Source: Eledone cirrhosa
Lineage: Eukaryota
Length of the DNA stretch: 64,000 nt
Direction: 5' to 3'
Assembly (NCBI GenBank): GCA_964016885.1
Contig: OZ024741.1
Location: forward strand, 388,368,001-388,432,000
Shown: positions 12,838-23,429 of the stretch, in pieces
How the letters are laid out: the number at the start of each line of letters is the position of its first letter
Position numbering within the stretch: the first letter of the stretch is position 1
Translations under genes and position numbers: made by a program
Notes under the pieces: model-generated
Told to the model about the DNA's origin: nothing
Databases searched by the model: none
Seen by the model: the letters and a program-made list of their open reading frames with translations, nothing else

Positions 12838-15820
12838 ATCATCATCATCATCAACGTTTAACGTCCGTGTTCCACGCTTGCATGGGTTTGGACGGGGGTT
12901 TTCCCACTTGAGGCAAGAGTGATTGTCTTGCTCGCATAGGACTGTCTGGCGGGTTTTCTACAGCTGGATGCCCTTCCTAACACCAACCACATTTACAGTG
13001 TGGGGCTGGGAGGTTTTTACCGTGTTGCCTACACGGCCACATTACAGCGTGGACTGTCTGGCGGGTTTTCTACAGCTGGATGCCCTTCCTAACACCAACC
13101 ACATTTACAGTGTGGGGCTGGGAGGTTTTTACCGTGTTACCTACACGGCCACATTACAGCGTAGACTGTGTGTTTTTTGTCGTGACACCTACACGATCTC
13201 ATTTGTTTCGGCCTGGATGTTGTGGCACCAACATAACTTTACATTGAAAGGGGCGGTGTGGATGGGGTGGGGGTGGTGGGACGGGGGTGTATTTTGTTAG
13301 AGATGCCTACTGACTGTAGTAGGTTTTACTTTGTATTTAGGTAAGGCGGGTCTTCTCTATTACTGAGTACCGCCAAAGGTCTCGGTCCAGTGACATTGTC
13401 TTGGAGAGGTGTAAGTGTGTGAGGTCGGAATTTATCAGCTCGTCCCAGGTTTTTCTGGGTCTGCCCATTCCGTTGCTACCGTCTATCTTTATTGCCCTGC
13501 ACTTTGTTATACAGCTATCGTCTTTCATGCGCATCACGTGACCATACCAACTAGCCTTCTCTCGAGTAAACAACATCTGATCCCTCTTATTTCTAATTTT
13601 TTCCTTAGTTCGTTTATGCTTTGCCGTTCACGTATATTACTATTACACATCCAGCGGAGCATGCAAGCTTCATTCCTCTTTAGTCTGCGTATATCTTCTG
13701 CACACAATGCCCAGGTCTCACTGCCATGCAACATTGCTGTTCGTATGCAGGCATCATACAACCTGCCTTTCATTTTTAGGGAGAACCCTTTAGCGGCTAA
13801 TAGTGGTATAAGCTCTCTGAACTTTTTCCATCCAGTTCTGACTCTAGCTACTGTACTTTCAGAGCACCCTCCCCCACTGCTGATTTTGTCACCCAGGTAA
13901 TGGAAGCTGTCCACTATTTCTATAGAACCCTCTGCGCAGTTGAAAGAGCTAGTATTTTGTGGGCACTTGCTGCTACTTATTGCACCAGAGCACCGGCCAC
14001 ATGTAAAATCTATGTTCTTAGTTAGCTTACCTGTGATCCCACTACATCTTTTATGCACCCATACTTTGCATTTGGGACACAAAATGGAGTTTCTACCTAC
14101 GCCTTTCCTACACACTGAGCATGGCCACTTCCCGGAAGGGACCGGTGCCTTATTTTCTTTCTTACAAACTAGAACTTTAGTCTTAGCCAGGTTAATTTTA
14201 AGGCCTTTTGATTCTAGGCCGTGCTTCCATGTTTGGAATTTCTTCTCTAGCTCGGCCATTGATTCAGCTATGAGTGTTAGGTCATCTGCGTATAGAAGTT
14301 CCCATGGGCAGCCAGTTTTGAACTCCTCTGTTATAGCCTGAAGGGCAATAATAATTAGTAGGGGGCTGAGAACAGAACCCTGATGGACACCAACTTTTAC
14401 GCTAAACTCTTCACTATATTTGTTGTTAATTCTAACCTTGCTGACTGTTTCTTTATACATGGCTTGTATAGCTCTCACAAGCCATTTGTCAACACCTAGT
14501 TTTCTAAGAGCCCACCAGATAATGGAACGGGGGACTCTGTCGAAGGCGTTCTCCAAGTCGACAAAAGCTAAGTATAGGGGTTTACTTTTAGCTAGGTACT
14601 TCTCCTGTAGTTGTCGTACAATGAAAAGAGCGTCTGTGGTACTTTTGCCTGACACAAACCCGAACTGCATTTCATCTAGATCAATTCTCTCTCTGATTAG
14701 TTGCGCTATTACTTTTTCCGTGACCTTCATGACCTGGTCGATTAATTTAATGCCTCTATAGTTACTCCTGTCTAGGGCATCTCCTTTACCCTTATAACAG
14801 TTAACGATGATGCTGCTACGCCAGTCCTTCGGATCAACCCCATTCTGTACGACTTGATTAACTATCCGGGTGACCATGGTGTGTCCCACCGTACCAGATG
14901 CCTTCAGCATCTCGGCAACTATTTCCGAAGGCCCAGCCGCCTTACCCGTCTTCATATCTTTGATTGCCTTACTTATTATACTACCTTCGACTAACACTGC
15001 TGGTCCCTCTATTGGGTCGATGTGGGGGAGACTGTCTTTCTCCCATTTATTCTCCTCATTTAGTAGCCTTTCATAGTGACACTTCCAAGCTACCTTCTTA
15101 TCAGCGTCGGTGATGGCAAGTACACCGTCATCATTAAGTACACACTTCTCCCCGACAATATCACGGTTTTCCTTGACACATTGCCTAGCAATCCTGAACA
15201 CCTCATGTTTTTGGTCATCGCGTTGTAGAACATGCTTGAACTTTCTTTCCTCTGCTTCCCTTTTTGCGAAGTACACTTGTCTCCTAGCCTCCCTCCTGGC
15301 CACTAGATAGTCTTCTCTACTTCCCCCATCCCGCCATACTTTCCAAGCCTGCTTTTTGGCCTTAATTGACCCCTACACCTTACTGTTCCACCACCATGTT
15401 ACTCTCCTCCTGCCTACAGGCCTGCTCCAGCCACAGACTTCGTCTGCCACCATCAGCAGGTTTGCTTTCAGGAATTCCCACTGCTCCTCTATATTGTACG
15501 ACTCCAATTGCTCTTCCTTACTGTCGAAAGCATCAAGTAGTATGCTTTTAAATTTATTTCTGGCTGTAGGGTCCTTTTAGCTTCCATATTTTTCTCCTGA
15601 GGATAATCCTCTTCTGTTGTCTAGTACGTCTCGTCCTGACTATTAGGTCGCTAATTATCAGTCTATGTTGGGAGGTGCATTCTTCATGGGGGAGGGATTT
15701 AGTGTTTACAACAGACACTCTGTCACGTCTTCTGGTAAGGATATAATCTACCTGGCTTGTGTGTTCCCCCGATCTATAGGTGATCAGGTGATTGTCATGT
15801 TTTTTGAAGTTAGTGTTACA
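12838..15820 (-). mobile_element. RTE LINE family A, 5' truncated, frameshifted
   Basis: ORF 13534-15303 with NYRGI, QFGF, FVDLENAFD, QGSVLSP, YADD and PHD-like insert; (GAT)n tail; about 112-bp duplication in the 3' UTR. Confidence 0.93.
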
Positions 15821-15850
15821 TCATCATCATCATTTCATTTTAGTTAGTGT

Positions 15851-15887
<37 letters not shown>

Positions 15888-16187
15888 TCATCATCATCAT
15901 CATCACCGTTTTACGTCCGTTCTTCCACGCTAGCATGGGTTAGACGGGTTGTCCTGTTGTGGGCAGTGTCTGGTCGGCTGACCATGCCTTGCTCATACAG
16001 GAACTGATCTGGCTTGATTTCTACAGCTGGATGCCCTTCCTAACACCAACCTCATTTACAGTGAGTGCTGGGTGCTTTTTCGTGGCGCCTACACGTCCAC
16101 TTTACAGTGTGGGCTGGGTGCTTTTTTGCCGTGGCACCTCCACGACAACCTTGCGGTGGGGGGGGGGGGGCATATTGTTTATATGCT

Positions 16188-19100
16188 TCAGCATGTACCC
16201 ATGAGAGGTCGGGTACCCTGTATTACTGCGTGACGCCAGAAGTCACGGTCGTGTGTCATTGACTTTGAGAGGTGTAGTTGGGTAAGGTCGGCTTTTATCA
16301 CCTCATCCCAAGTCATCTTGGGTCTCCCCACTCCGCGGTTTCCATCAACTTCTAGTGCTCTGCACCTTTTTATGCAGCTGTCATCCTTCATACGCATCAC
16401 ATGTCCATACCAGCGTAACCGCCTCTCCTGCACGCAGCATTTGATTCCTCTTATGCTCAGTCTCTCTCTCAATTCATTTATGCTTTGTCGTTCACGTATA
16501 TTACTGTTACACATCCATCGGAGCATGCAGGCTTCGTTTCTCTCTAATCTACGTAAGTCTTCCACCTTCAGCGCCCAGGTCTCACTACCATGCAACATCG
16601 CTGTTCGGATACACGCATCATACAGTCTGCCTTTCATTCTGAGGGAGAAGCCTTTTGCAGCTAGCAGTGGTAGTAGTTCCCTAAACTTCTTCCATCCCGT
16701 TCTTACCCTAGTTATTGTACTTTCTGAGCACCCACCTCCGTTGCTAATTCGGTCACCTAGGTAGCAGAAGCTGTCTACTGTTTCTACAGGGCCCTCCCAG
16801 AGATTGGTGGTACTTGTTTCCTGTGGCTGTTTGCTTGCTGTTTCAGCACAGCTGCTGCATGTGAATCCTACATTCTTAATTAAGCTTCCTGAGATCCCGC
16901 TACATCTCTTGTGTACCCATTGTTTGCATTTGGGGCAAAGAATGGAGTTCCTACCTACACCTTTCCTACATACTGAGCAAGGCCATTTCCCTGAGGGGAT
17001 CTGGGTTCTGTTTTCTCGTCTACTTATAAGGACCTTAGTCTTTGTCATGTTGACTTTGAGGCCCTTTCTCTCTAGTCCCTGCTTCCAGGTTTGGAATTTA
17101 TTCTCTAGTTCTACCATAGATTCAGCTATGAGTGCGAGGTCATCAGCATACAGGAGTTCCCATGGGCATCCGGTCTTAAACTCCTCCGTTATTGCCTGCA
17201 GGACTATGATGAACAGGAGAGGGCTAAGAACAGAGCCCTGGTGGACCCCAACCTGTACGCTAAATTCCTCGCTATACTCATTGCCAATCCTAACTTTGCT
17301 GACTGCTCCCCTATATATGGCTTGTACCGCTTTCACAAGCCATTCATCTACTCCTAGTTTTCTAAGAGCCCACCAGATTACTGCACGTGGAACTCTGTCA
17401 AAGGCTTTCTCATGGTCGACAAATGCCAAGTAGAGTGGCTTACTTTTAGCTAGGTACTTTTCCTGTAATTGCCTCACAAGGAAGAGCGCATCAGTGGTGC
17501 CTTTCCCTGGTACAAACCCAAATTGCATCTCGTCTATATTCACCCGGTCCCTAATCAGCTGTGCTATAACTCTTTCTGTTACTTTCATGACCTGGTCCAT
17601 CAACTTCATACCTCTATAGTTTCCTCTATCTAGTGCATCGCCTTTACCTTTGTAGCAGTTGACAATGATGCTACTGCACCAATCTTTTGGTATGGCCCCC
17701 TCTAGTATTACCTGGTTAACGATACGTGTGGTTATAGTGTGACCTACAGACCCAGATGCCTTCAGCATCTCGGCAGCTATACCCGATGGACCGGTTGCCT
17801 TCCCTATCTTCATATCTCTGATTGCCTTACTTACTACGCTGCCGCTGACTTGTACTGCTGGTCCCTCTATAGGGTCTACGTGGGGTAGGGTCTCTTCTTC
17901 CCATGCATTCTCCTCATTTAGTAATCTATCATAATGACTCTTCCATGCATCTTTCTTCTCAGCACTTGTGAGGGCAAGCTCACCTTTATCATTCCGGATA
18001 CACTTCTCTCCAATGACATCACAACTATCTCTGACACACTGCCTCGCAATCTTGAATACCTCCTGTTTCTGGTCCTCACGTTGTAAAACATGCTTGAATT
18101 TTCTATCCTCTGCTTCCCTCCTAGCTAAGTATACTTGTCGCCTAGCTTCCCTCTTGGTCTCTATGTAATGTACCCTGCTCCCCCCGTTCTTCCATTCTTT
18201 CCATGCCTGTCTCTTGGCCTTGACTGCTTCATCTACCTTATTGTTCCACCACCAAGTCACTCTCCTCCTGCTTGAGGTCTTACTCCAGCCACAAACCTCA
18301 TCCGTCGCCTCTAGTAAGTTATTTTTTAGGAACTCCCAGTTCTCTTCTACGTTAAATGTCTCTATCTGTTCTTCTTTACTGTCGTAGGCGTTGAGTAAAA
18401 TATCTTTAAATCTGTTACTGGTTGAGGGGACTTTCAGCTTCCAGATCTTTCTTCTCCAGGTTGGCCTCTGTTTCAGGGCTCGTCTAGTTCTGACCGTGAG
18501 GTCGCTGACAACTAAGCTATGTTGGGATGTACATTCCTCACTAGGGAAGGCTTTTGTGTTTACGACCGTCCATCTGTCACGTCCTCTGATGAGGATAAAA
18601 TCTAACTGACTAGAGTGCTCCCCTGATCTATAGGTGATCAGGTGGTTGTCGGGTTTTTTAAAGTTTGTGTTACATATCGACATGTCATTGGCGTCGCAGA
18701 ATTCTAGAAGTCTGAATCCTTCCTCATTCCTTGTGCCAACTCCATGGCCTCCATGTACTCTATTGAAGCCGTCGCAGTGTTTACCTACGTGTCCGTTAAA
18801 ATCTCCTGCAATGATTAGGAAGTCCTTGTCGTCTGTTAGAGCAGTAGTGTGTATTAGGGACTCGTAAAACCTATCCTTAAGTTCGTCTGGCAGCCCCGAT
18901 TGGGGTGCGTAAGCTGATATTATTGTGGTAATTGTCTTATTCAGGACTAGTCTGAGTTTAATGATTCTTGCATTTACCCTGTACACTGAGATTACTTTAT
19001 CTACCCACTTGTCAGCTAATAGTATACCTACACCACCCATCCCATCGTCATTTCCCACCCAGAAAAATTTGTAGCACTGGCTTTTTCCTACAAGGACTCT

Positions 19101-19307
19101 AGCAGACCCTCCTCTCCATCTAGTCTCTTGCACACAGCATACATCAACTTCCTTTCGCTCTAGCATTTCTACGATTTCTCCTGCTCTTCCTTTCATTGAG
19201 CCTACATTGATGGTACCAACTCGGAGTTTTGGGCATTTGTCGACACTCGTAGGGGAGGGTCTCTGGGTTGGCGCTTCACGTGGGTGCTTGGTAGCTCGCA
19301 GATTCAT
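16188..19307 (-). CDS. RTE polyprotein: APE endonuclease + reverse transcriptase with inserted PHD-like finger (1039 aa)
   Basis: GTINV, VQETRW, SAYAP, GDFN, LDFIL, SQH (APE); QFGF, DHEKAFD, QGSVLSP, YADD, FCYLG (RT); RRLRWYGHV, GRP C-terminus. Confidence 0.95.
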   Translation of the reverse strand: MNLRATKHPREAPTQRPSPTSVDKCPKLRVGTINVGSMKGRAGEIVEMLERKEVDVCCVQETRWRGGSARVLVGKSQCYKFFWVGNDDGMGGVGILLADKWVDKVISVYRVNARIIKLRLVLNKTITTIISAYAPQSGLPDELKDRFYESLIHTTALTDDKDFLIIAGDFNGHVGKHCDGFNRVHGGHGVGTRNEEGFRLLEFCDANDMSICNTNFKKPDNHLITYRSGEHSSQLDFILIRGRDRWTVVNTKAFPSEECTSQHSLVVSDLTVRTRRALKQRPTWRRKIWKLKVPSTSNRFKDILLNAYDSKEEQIETFNVEENWEFLKNNLLEATDEVCGWSKTSSRRRVTWWWNNKVDEAVKAKRQAWKEWKNGGSRVHYIETKREARRQVYLARREAEDRKFKHVLQREDQKQEVFKIARQCVRDSCDVIGEKCIRNDKGELALTSAEKKDAWKSHYDRLLNEENAWEEETLPHVDPIEGPAVQVSGSVVSKAIRDMKIGKATGPSGIAAEMLKASGSVGHTITTRIVNQVILEGAIPKDWCSSIIVNCYKGKGDALDRGNYRGMKLMDQVMKVTERVIAQLIRDRVNIDEMQFGFVPGKGTTDALFLVRQLQEKYLAKSKPLYLAFVDHEKAFDRVPRAVIWWALRKLGVDEWLVKAVQAIYRGAVSKVRIGNEYSEEFSVQVGVHQGSVLSPLLFIIVLQAITEEFKTGCPWELLYADDLALIAESMVELENKFQTWKQGLERKGLKVNMTKTKVLISRRENRTQIPSGKWPCSVCRKGVGRNSILCPKCKQWVHKRCSGISGSLIKNVGFTCSSCAETASKQPQETSTTNLWEGPVETVDSFCYLGDRISNGGGCSESTITRVRTGWKKFRELLPLLAAKGFSLRMKGRLYDACIRTAMLHGSETWALKVEDLRRLERNEACMLRWMCNSNIRERQSINELRERLSIRGIKCCVQERRLRWYGHVMRMKDDSCIKRCRALEVDGNRGVGRPKMTWDEVIKADLTQLHLSKSMTHDRDFWRHAVIQGTRPLMGTC

Positions 19308-19551
19308 ATTTCATCTATTGATTCAGAGTTGCTCGTGTATTCCCAGCTCATCCATCCATAACGGTGGGAAAATTGAGGGCTAGAAGGACAGTGGTGGTGG
19401 GGTAATGGCAGGGTGTGTTGGGATGCGCCAGAGGAGGAGAGAGTTAGTTAGGCAGGTAGTAGCAGCAGCAGCAGTGGAAATGGCATGCTAGGTTTGATTG
19501 GTCGAATAGACTATGGTGGTGTGTGGGGGTAGGGGGGGAGGGAAATTGTGA

Positions 19552-20590
19552 GGTAGGAACTGAGGGTCGCATGGTAAATATCCAAGTTAATACTACATCA
19601 GTAAAATTAACAATAATAACGTCATGAAAAAAGCTACTAAGAGAAACCCTCGAAAATTTATCGCTAATACAGCAGGGAAAATTTAACGCTAATACAGTAG
19701 GGAACATCATAATATTAACGACAATATGTAGGCTAAAATACCTTCGTAGATTAGATGGATGGCTGGCTGGGAAAATTTGAATCAGCTCTAGTGGTACATT
19801 TTAGCAGAGAAGAATGGGAAAGTGTCTTATCTCTTCAATATTTTCAGATTGAATGAATTAGGTTAAAGACAGGGTAGTAAGCCTTAAAGAAGTGCATAGA
19901 GAGGGGGGGGGGGGTAGGAACTGAGGGTCGCATGGTAAATAACTGAGAGAGATACAATAGGATTAGAATACCGCATGGTAAATATCCAAGTTAATAAGTT
20001 AATACTACATCAGTAAAATTAACAATAATAACGTCATGAAAAAAGCTACTAAGAGAAACCCTCGAAAATTTATCGCTAATACAGCAGGGAAAATTTAACG
20101 CTAATACAGCAGGGAACATCATAATATTAACGACAATATGTAGGCTAAAATACCTTCGTAGATTAGATGGATGGCTGGCTGGGAAAATTTGAATCAGCTC
20201 TAGTGGTACATTTTAGCAGAGAAGAATGGGAAAGTGTCTTATCTCTTCAACATTTTCAGATTGAATGAATTAGGTTAAAGACAGGGTAGTAAGCCTTAAA
20301 GAAGTGCATAGAGAGGGGGGGGGGGTAGGAACTGAGGGTCGCATGGTAAATAACTGAGAGAGATACAATAGGATTAGAATACCGCATGGTAAATATCCAA
20401 GTTAATAAGTTAATACTACATCAGTAAAATTAACAATAATAACGTCATGAAAAAAGCTACTAAGAGAAACCCTCGAAAATTTATCGCTAATACAGCAGGG
20501 AAAATTTAACGCTAATACAGCAGGGAACATCATAATATTAACGACAATATGTAGGCTAAAATACCTTCGTAGATTAGATGGATGGCTGGC
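19552..20590. repeat. Tandem monomers (about 361, 411 and partial) upstream of the RTE-B ORF
   Basis: ggtaggaactgagggtcgcatggtaaat at 19552, 19913 and 20324; units nearly identical. Confidence 0.9.
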
Positions 20591-20597
20591 TATATAT

Positions 20598-20662
<65 letters not shown>

Positions 20663-20756
20663 CTCTTCCTGCTATATCAAGCGTTAACCTAATATATCTC
20701 TTCCATATACTGTACCGATTATGTTGTTATTTCTGTTTACCTTTTACATATATATA

Positions 20757-21648
20757 CAGGGTGCAGGGTATATTTGTTCGCAATTTTCAACTGCTAATTT
20801 TATGCAATTTTTTTTTACTTCCATTGTCACTCTTGTCTTCATAAAAACAGTGACTATATTTCCATTATTTATTTTCAGAATAATTGATTATGAATAATTT
20901 TGAACCTCCAAATTTGTGGAAGAGACACAGAGTTCTTCTTGGAATCCGTGCCGGGAGGACAAATAAGACCAGAAGATCAACTCCCAGAACAACAGGTGGC
21001 TCGCTGTCTCATCCAAAGACATGCCCAGAGTCATGCAGACACATTTTCCAGCGACAACATTGGTCTTAGGTGTCGTCAGCAGTTAAGGTGACGTCATACC
21101 ACCTCACTTCTTCCCTGAGGGCCTCAAGCTGAACACTGATGGCTACTTCCGCGTTTTGAGTGAGGTAGTAAAGCCCTGGATCACCCAGGTAGGGTAGCTG
21201 CAGGTAGGCCGTACATGTGGCAGCAAGACTCAGCGCCCTGCCATACCAGCCGAAAGACCCAAGCCTGGCTGTCAGAGAACTTCGTCGATCACACTTCACC
21301 TGACATCTGGCCTCCCAGCTCGCCTGACTGCAACCACCTCGACTTTTTTGTGTGGGGCACAGTGAGACACCAACAGATCTAGCTGCAATACAAAAGACGA
21401 TCTGAAGGCCAGGATCACAAGTGCCTTTAGGGGCCTAAGTCAGGGGATAGTGAAGAAGGCCTGTAGCCGGTTCCGAGGCCGCCTTGAGGCCGTCATCAAA
21501 GCCAATGGCGGGTTTATCGAGTAAAATCAAAAGAACAAGTCATGAAGACAAACTGACCCAAGTTTGATAAATATATCTTAAAAAATAAAACTACTGTGTT
21601 ATTTTTTCCTAGACAGTAATCTTACGAACAAATATCGTCCGCACCCTG
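20757..21648 (+). mobile_element. Tc1/mariner superfamily DD37D (maT-like) transposon, internally deleted
   Basis: TA-flanked TIRs cagggtgc..atatttgttcg; remnant WQQDSAPCH...WPPSSPDCNHLDFFVWG with 37 residues between the last two catalytic Asp. Confidence 0.85.
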
Positions 21649-22580
21649 TATATATATAATCGTCATCATCATATCATTTTTATATCAATTTTTCCATGGT
21701 GGCATGGGTTCGACAAAACTTTCTGGGTCATTGATTTACAGCCAGATGCTTTTCCTGGCTCTAACATTTTTAGTCGCTTCTTACAACATACACACACACA
21801 CATTCACACACACACACACACACACACATAATCATCATCATATATTCATTTAAGTACATAGAAAAAATGCCTGTTTATCTACATTTCATCATTTCTATAT
21901 TTTTGTCACTTGTCAATTGAAAAGCAGTATACTACTTTTTCAGCCTAGAGAAACTTATTTCATTATTCCCTTTTTTAAATATTTAATTCATATTAATCCT
22001 TATGTTATAGTTTCTTGAGGCATTAATTTGCTTCTGTTTGGTAAATTTTTAGTTTAAGATTTATAACAATTTCTCTATATTCATTCTATTTTGTGCTTTT
22101 GTTTTGGTTATCTAATTCAAATGTAGTCCAATGAAGTGTTTTATTTCAATATGAGAAAACTAACGTCTGGCTGTCTCAATGTCTATCCTATTTTCACTAA
22201 TCTTGGTGACAAAATTAGATAAAAACTGTACTTCCTGGAGTGAAGATGACAATGATATGCATACACCCCCCCCCCACACACACACAAACACACACACATA
22301 TATATTATAAAGTGTCAGGGTTCTGACTCTTTATAAAATAGCCATACTCTACTCTCTTAAGTATCGAGAACTCTGTTGAGAAATGGTCTAACCAGTTTCA
22401 AACTGAAGCCATCCTGTATTATATATATATATATATATCCAAAATTAAATTAAGGGTGCCATGTTTGTATATATATATGCGCCATATCCACTGTAGAATA
22501 TGCTCCAAGATTCCAATGAATAGATCCGAGCATTTTATATCAACTAGAAATTGATTGACATATATATATATATATATATA

Positions 22581-22633
22581 TATAAAATAAACATGAAACA
22601 ATCACTGTGATTGTTTCATATGTTTATTTTATA
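22581..22633. repeat. Short hairpin in (TA)n
   Basis: taaaataaacatgaaacaatcac-t-gtgattgtttcatatgtttatttta. Confidence 0.85.
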
Positions 22634-22648
22634 TATATATATATATAT

Positions 22649-23350
22649 TTAGTTATGTACTAAACAACATAAGATAATTATTTCATTTACCAGTGGTTTC
22701 TTGAAAGCAGATATCATATCTGTTTTCAGTCGTCAGAATGAATAAAAAACATGGTGTTTTTATTAAATATGGATTGGAAAACAAAAATATTTAAGAAATA
22801 TGAAAGTGAGGCTGAGAAACAAATGGACGAAAAAGAAGGGTAGAAAAAATATATAAATAAATATATATAAAAAGAATTATTATTTATTTATTTATTTTTT
22901 ATTTATTTACTTCATGTATATGTATGTATATGTATGTATATGTATTTATGTTCCTGTCTGTAAACGCTAATACGCTTATGTTATAAAGTATACGTCTTCT
23001 TACCTTTTAAGTATATGTGCGTGGTTTAGTGTATCTGCTTACGTTCTGGATATTTATTGTTTTTTTATATATATTTATTTATATATTTTTTTCTACCCTT
23101 CTTTTTCGTCTGTTTGTTTCTCAGCCTCACTTTCATATTTCTTAAATATTTTTGTTTTCAAATCCATATTTAATAAAAACACTGTTTTTTATTCATTCTG
23201 ACGACTGAAAACAGATATAATATCTGCTTTCAAGAAACCACTGGTAAATGAAATAATTATCTTATGTTGTTTATTACATAACTAATAAGCTCTGTAGCCT
23301 ACATAGAGCACTCTTTTTTCGTGTACCTTTCTGACGGAATTACTTCATTT
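22649..23350. mobile_element. Fold-back element, about 225-bp arms, hammerhead in each arm
   Basis: Arms 22649-22873 and about 23062-23285, plus a right-side extension; (TA)n flanks. Confidence 0.85.
23190..23256 (+). ncRNA. Type I hammerhead ribozyme motif
   Basis: ttcatt-CTGACGA-c-tgaaaacagata-taa-tatctgctttca-a-GAAA-ccactgg-TA-aatgaa; mirror copy on the minus strand at 22678-22745. Confidence 0.75.
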
Positions 23351-23429
23351 ATACATATATATATATATATATATATATATGAATCTTTATTTGTATATAT
23401 ATATGTCAATCAATTTCTAGTTTATATAT

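Larger units (their letters stand above)
15884..20590 (-). mobile_element. RTE LINE family B, apparently full length
   Basis: Single long ORF, (GAT)n tail, about 1.3-kb 5' region with tandem monomers, (TA)n on both sides. Confidence 0.9.

Noticed and set aside
13415-18867. Recurrent ORFs antisense to RTE ORFs
   Set aside because: Shadow frames; they recur only because the RTE copies are homologous.
21850-22260. AT-rich unique stretch as an exon
   Set aside because: Stops in all minus frames examined and no recognisable motif.
22649-23285. Fold-backs as ordinary MITEs
   Set aside because: Arms are asymmetric, lack superfamily-type termini and contain ribozyme motifs; a MITE origin is not excluded for those lacking hammerheads.
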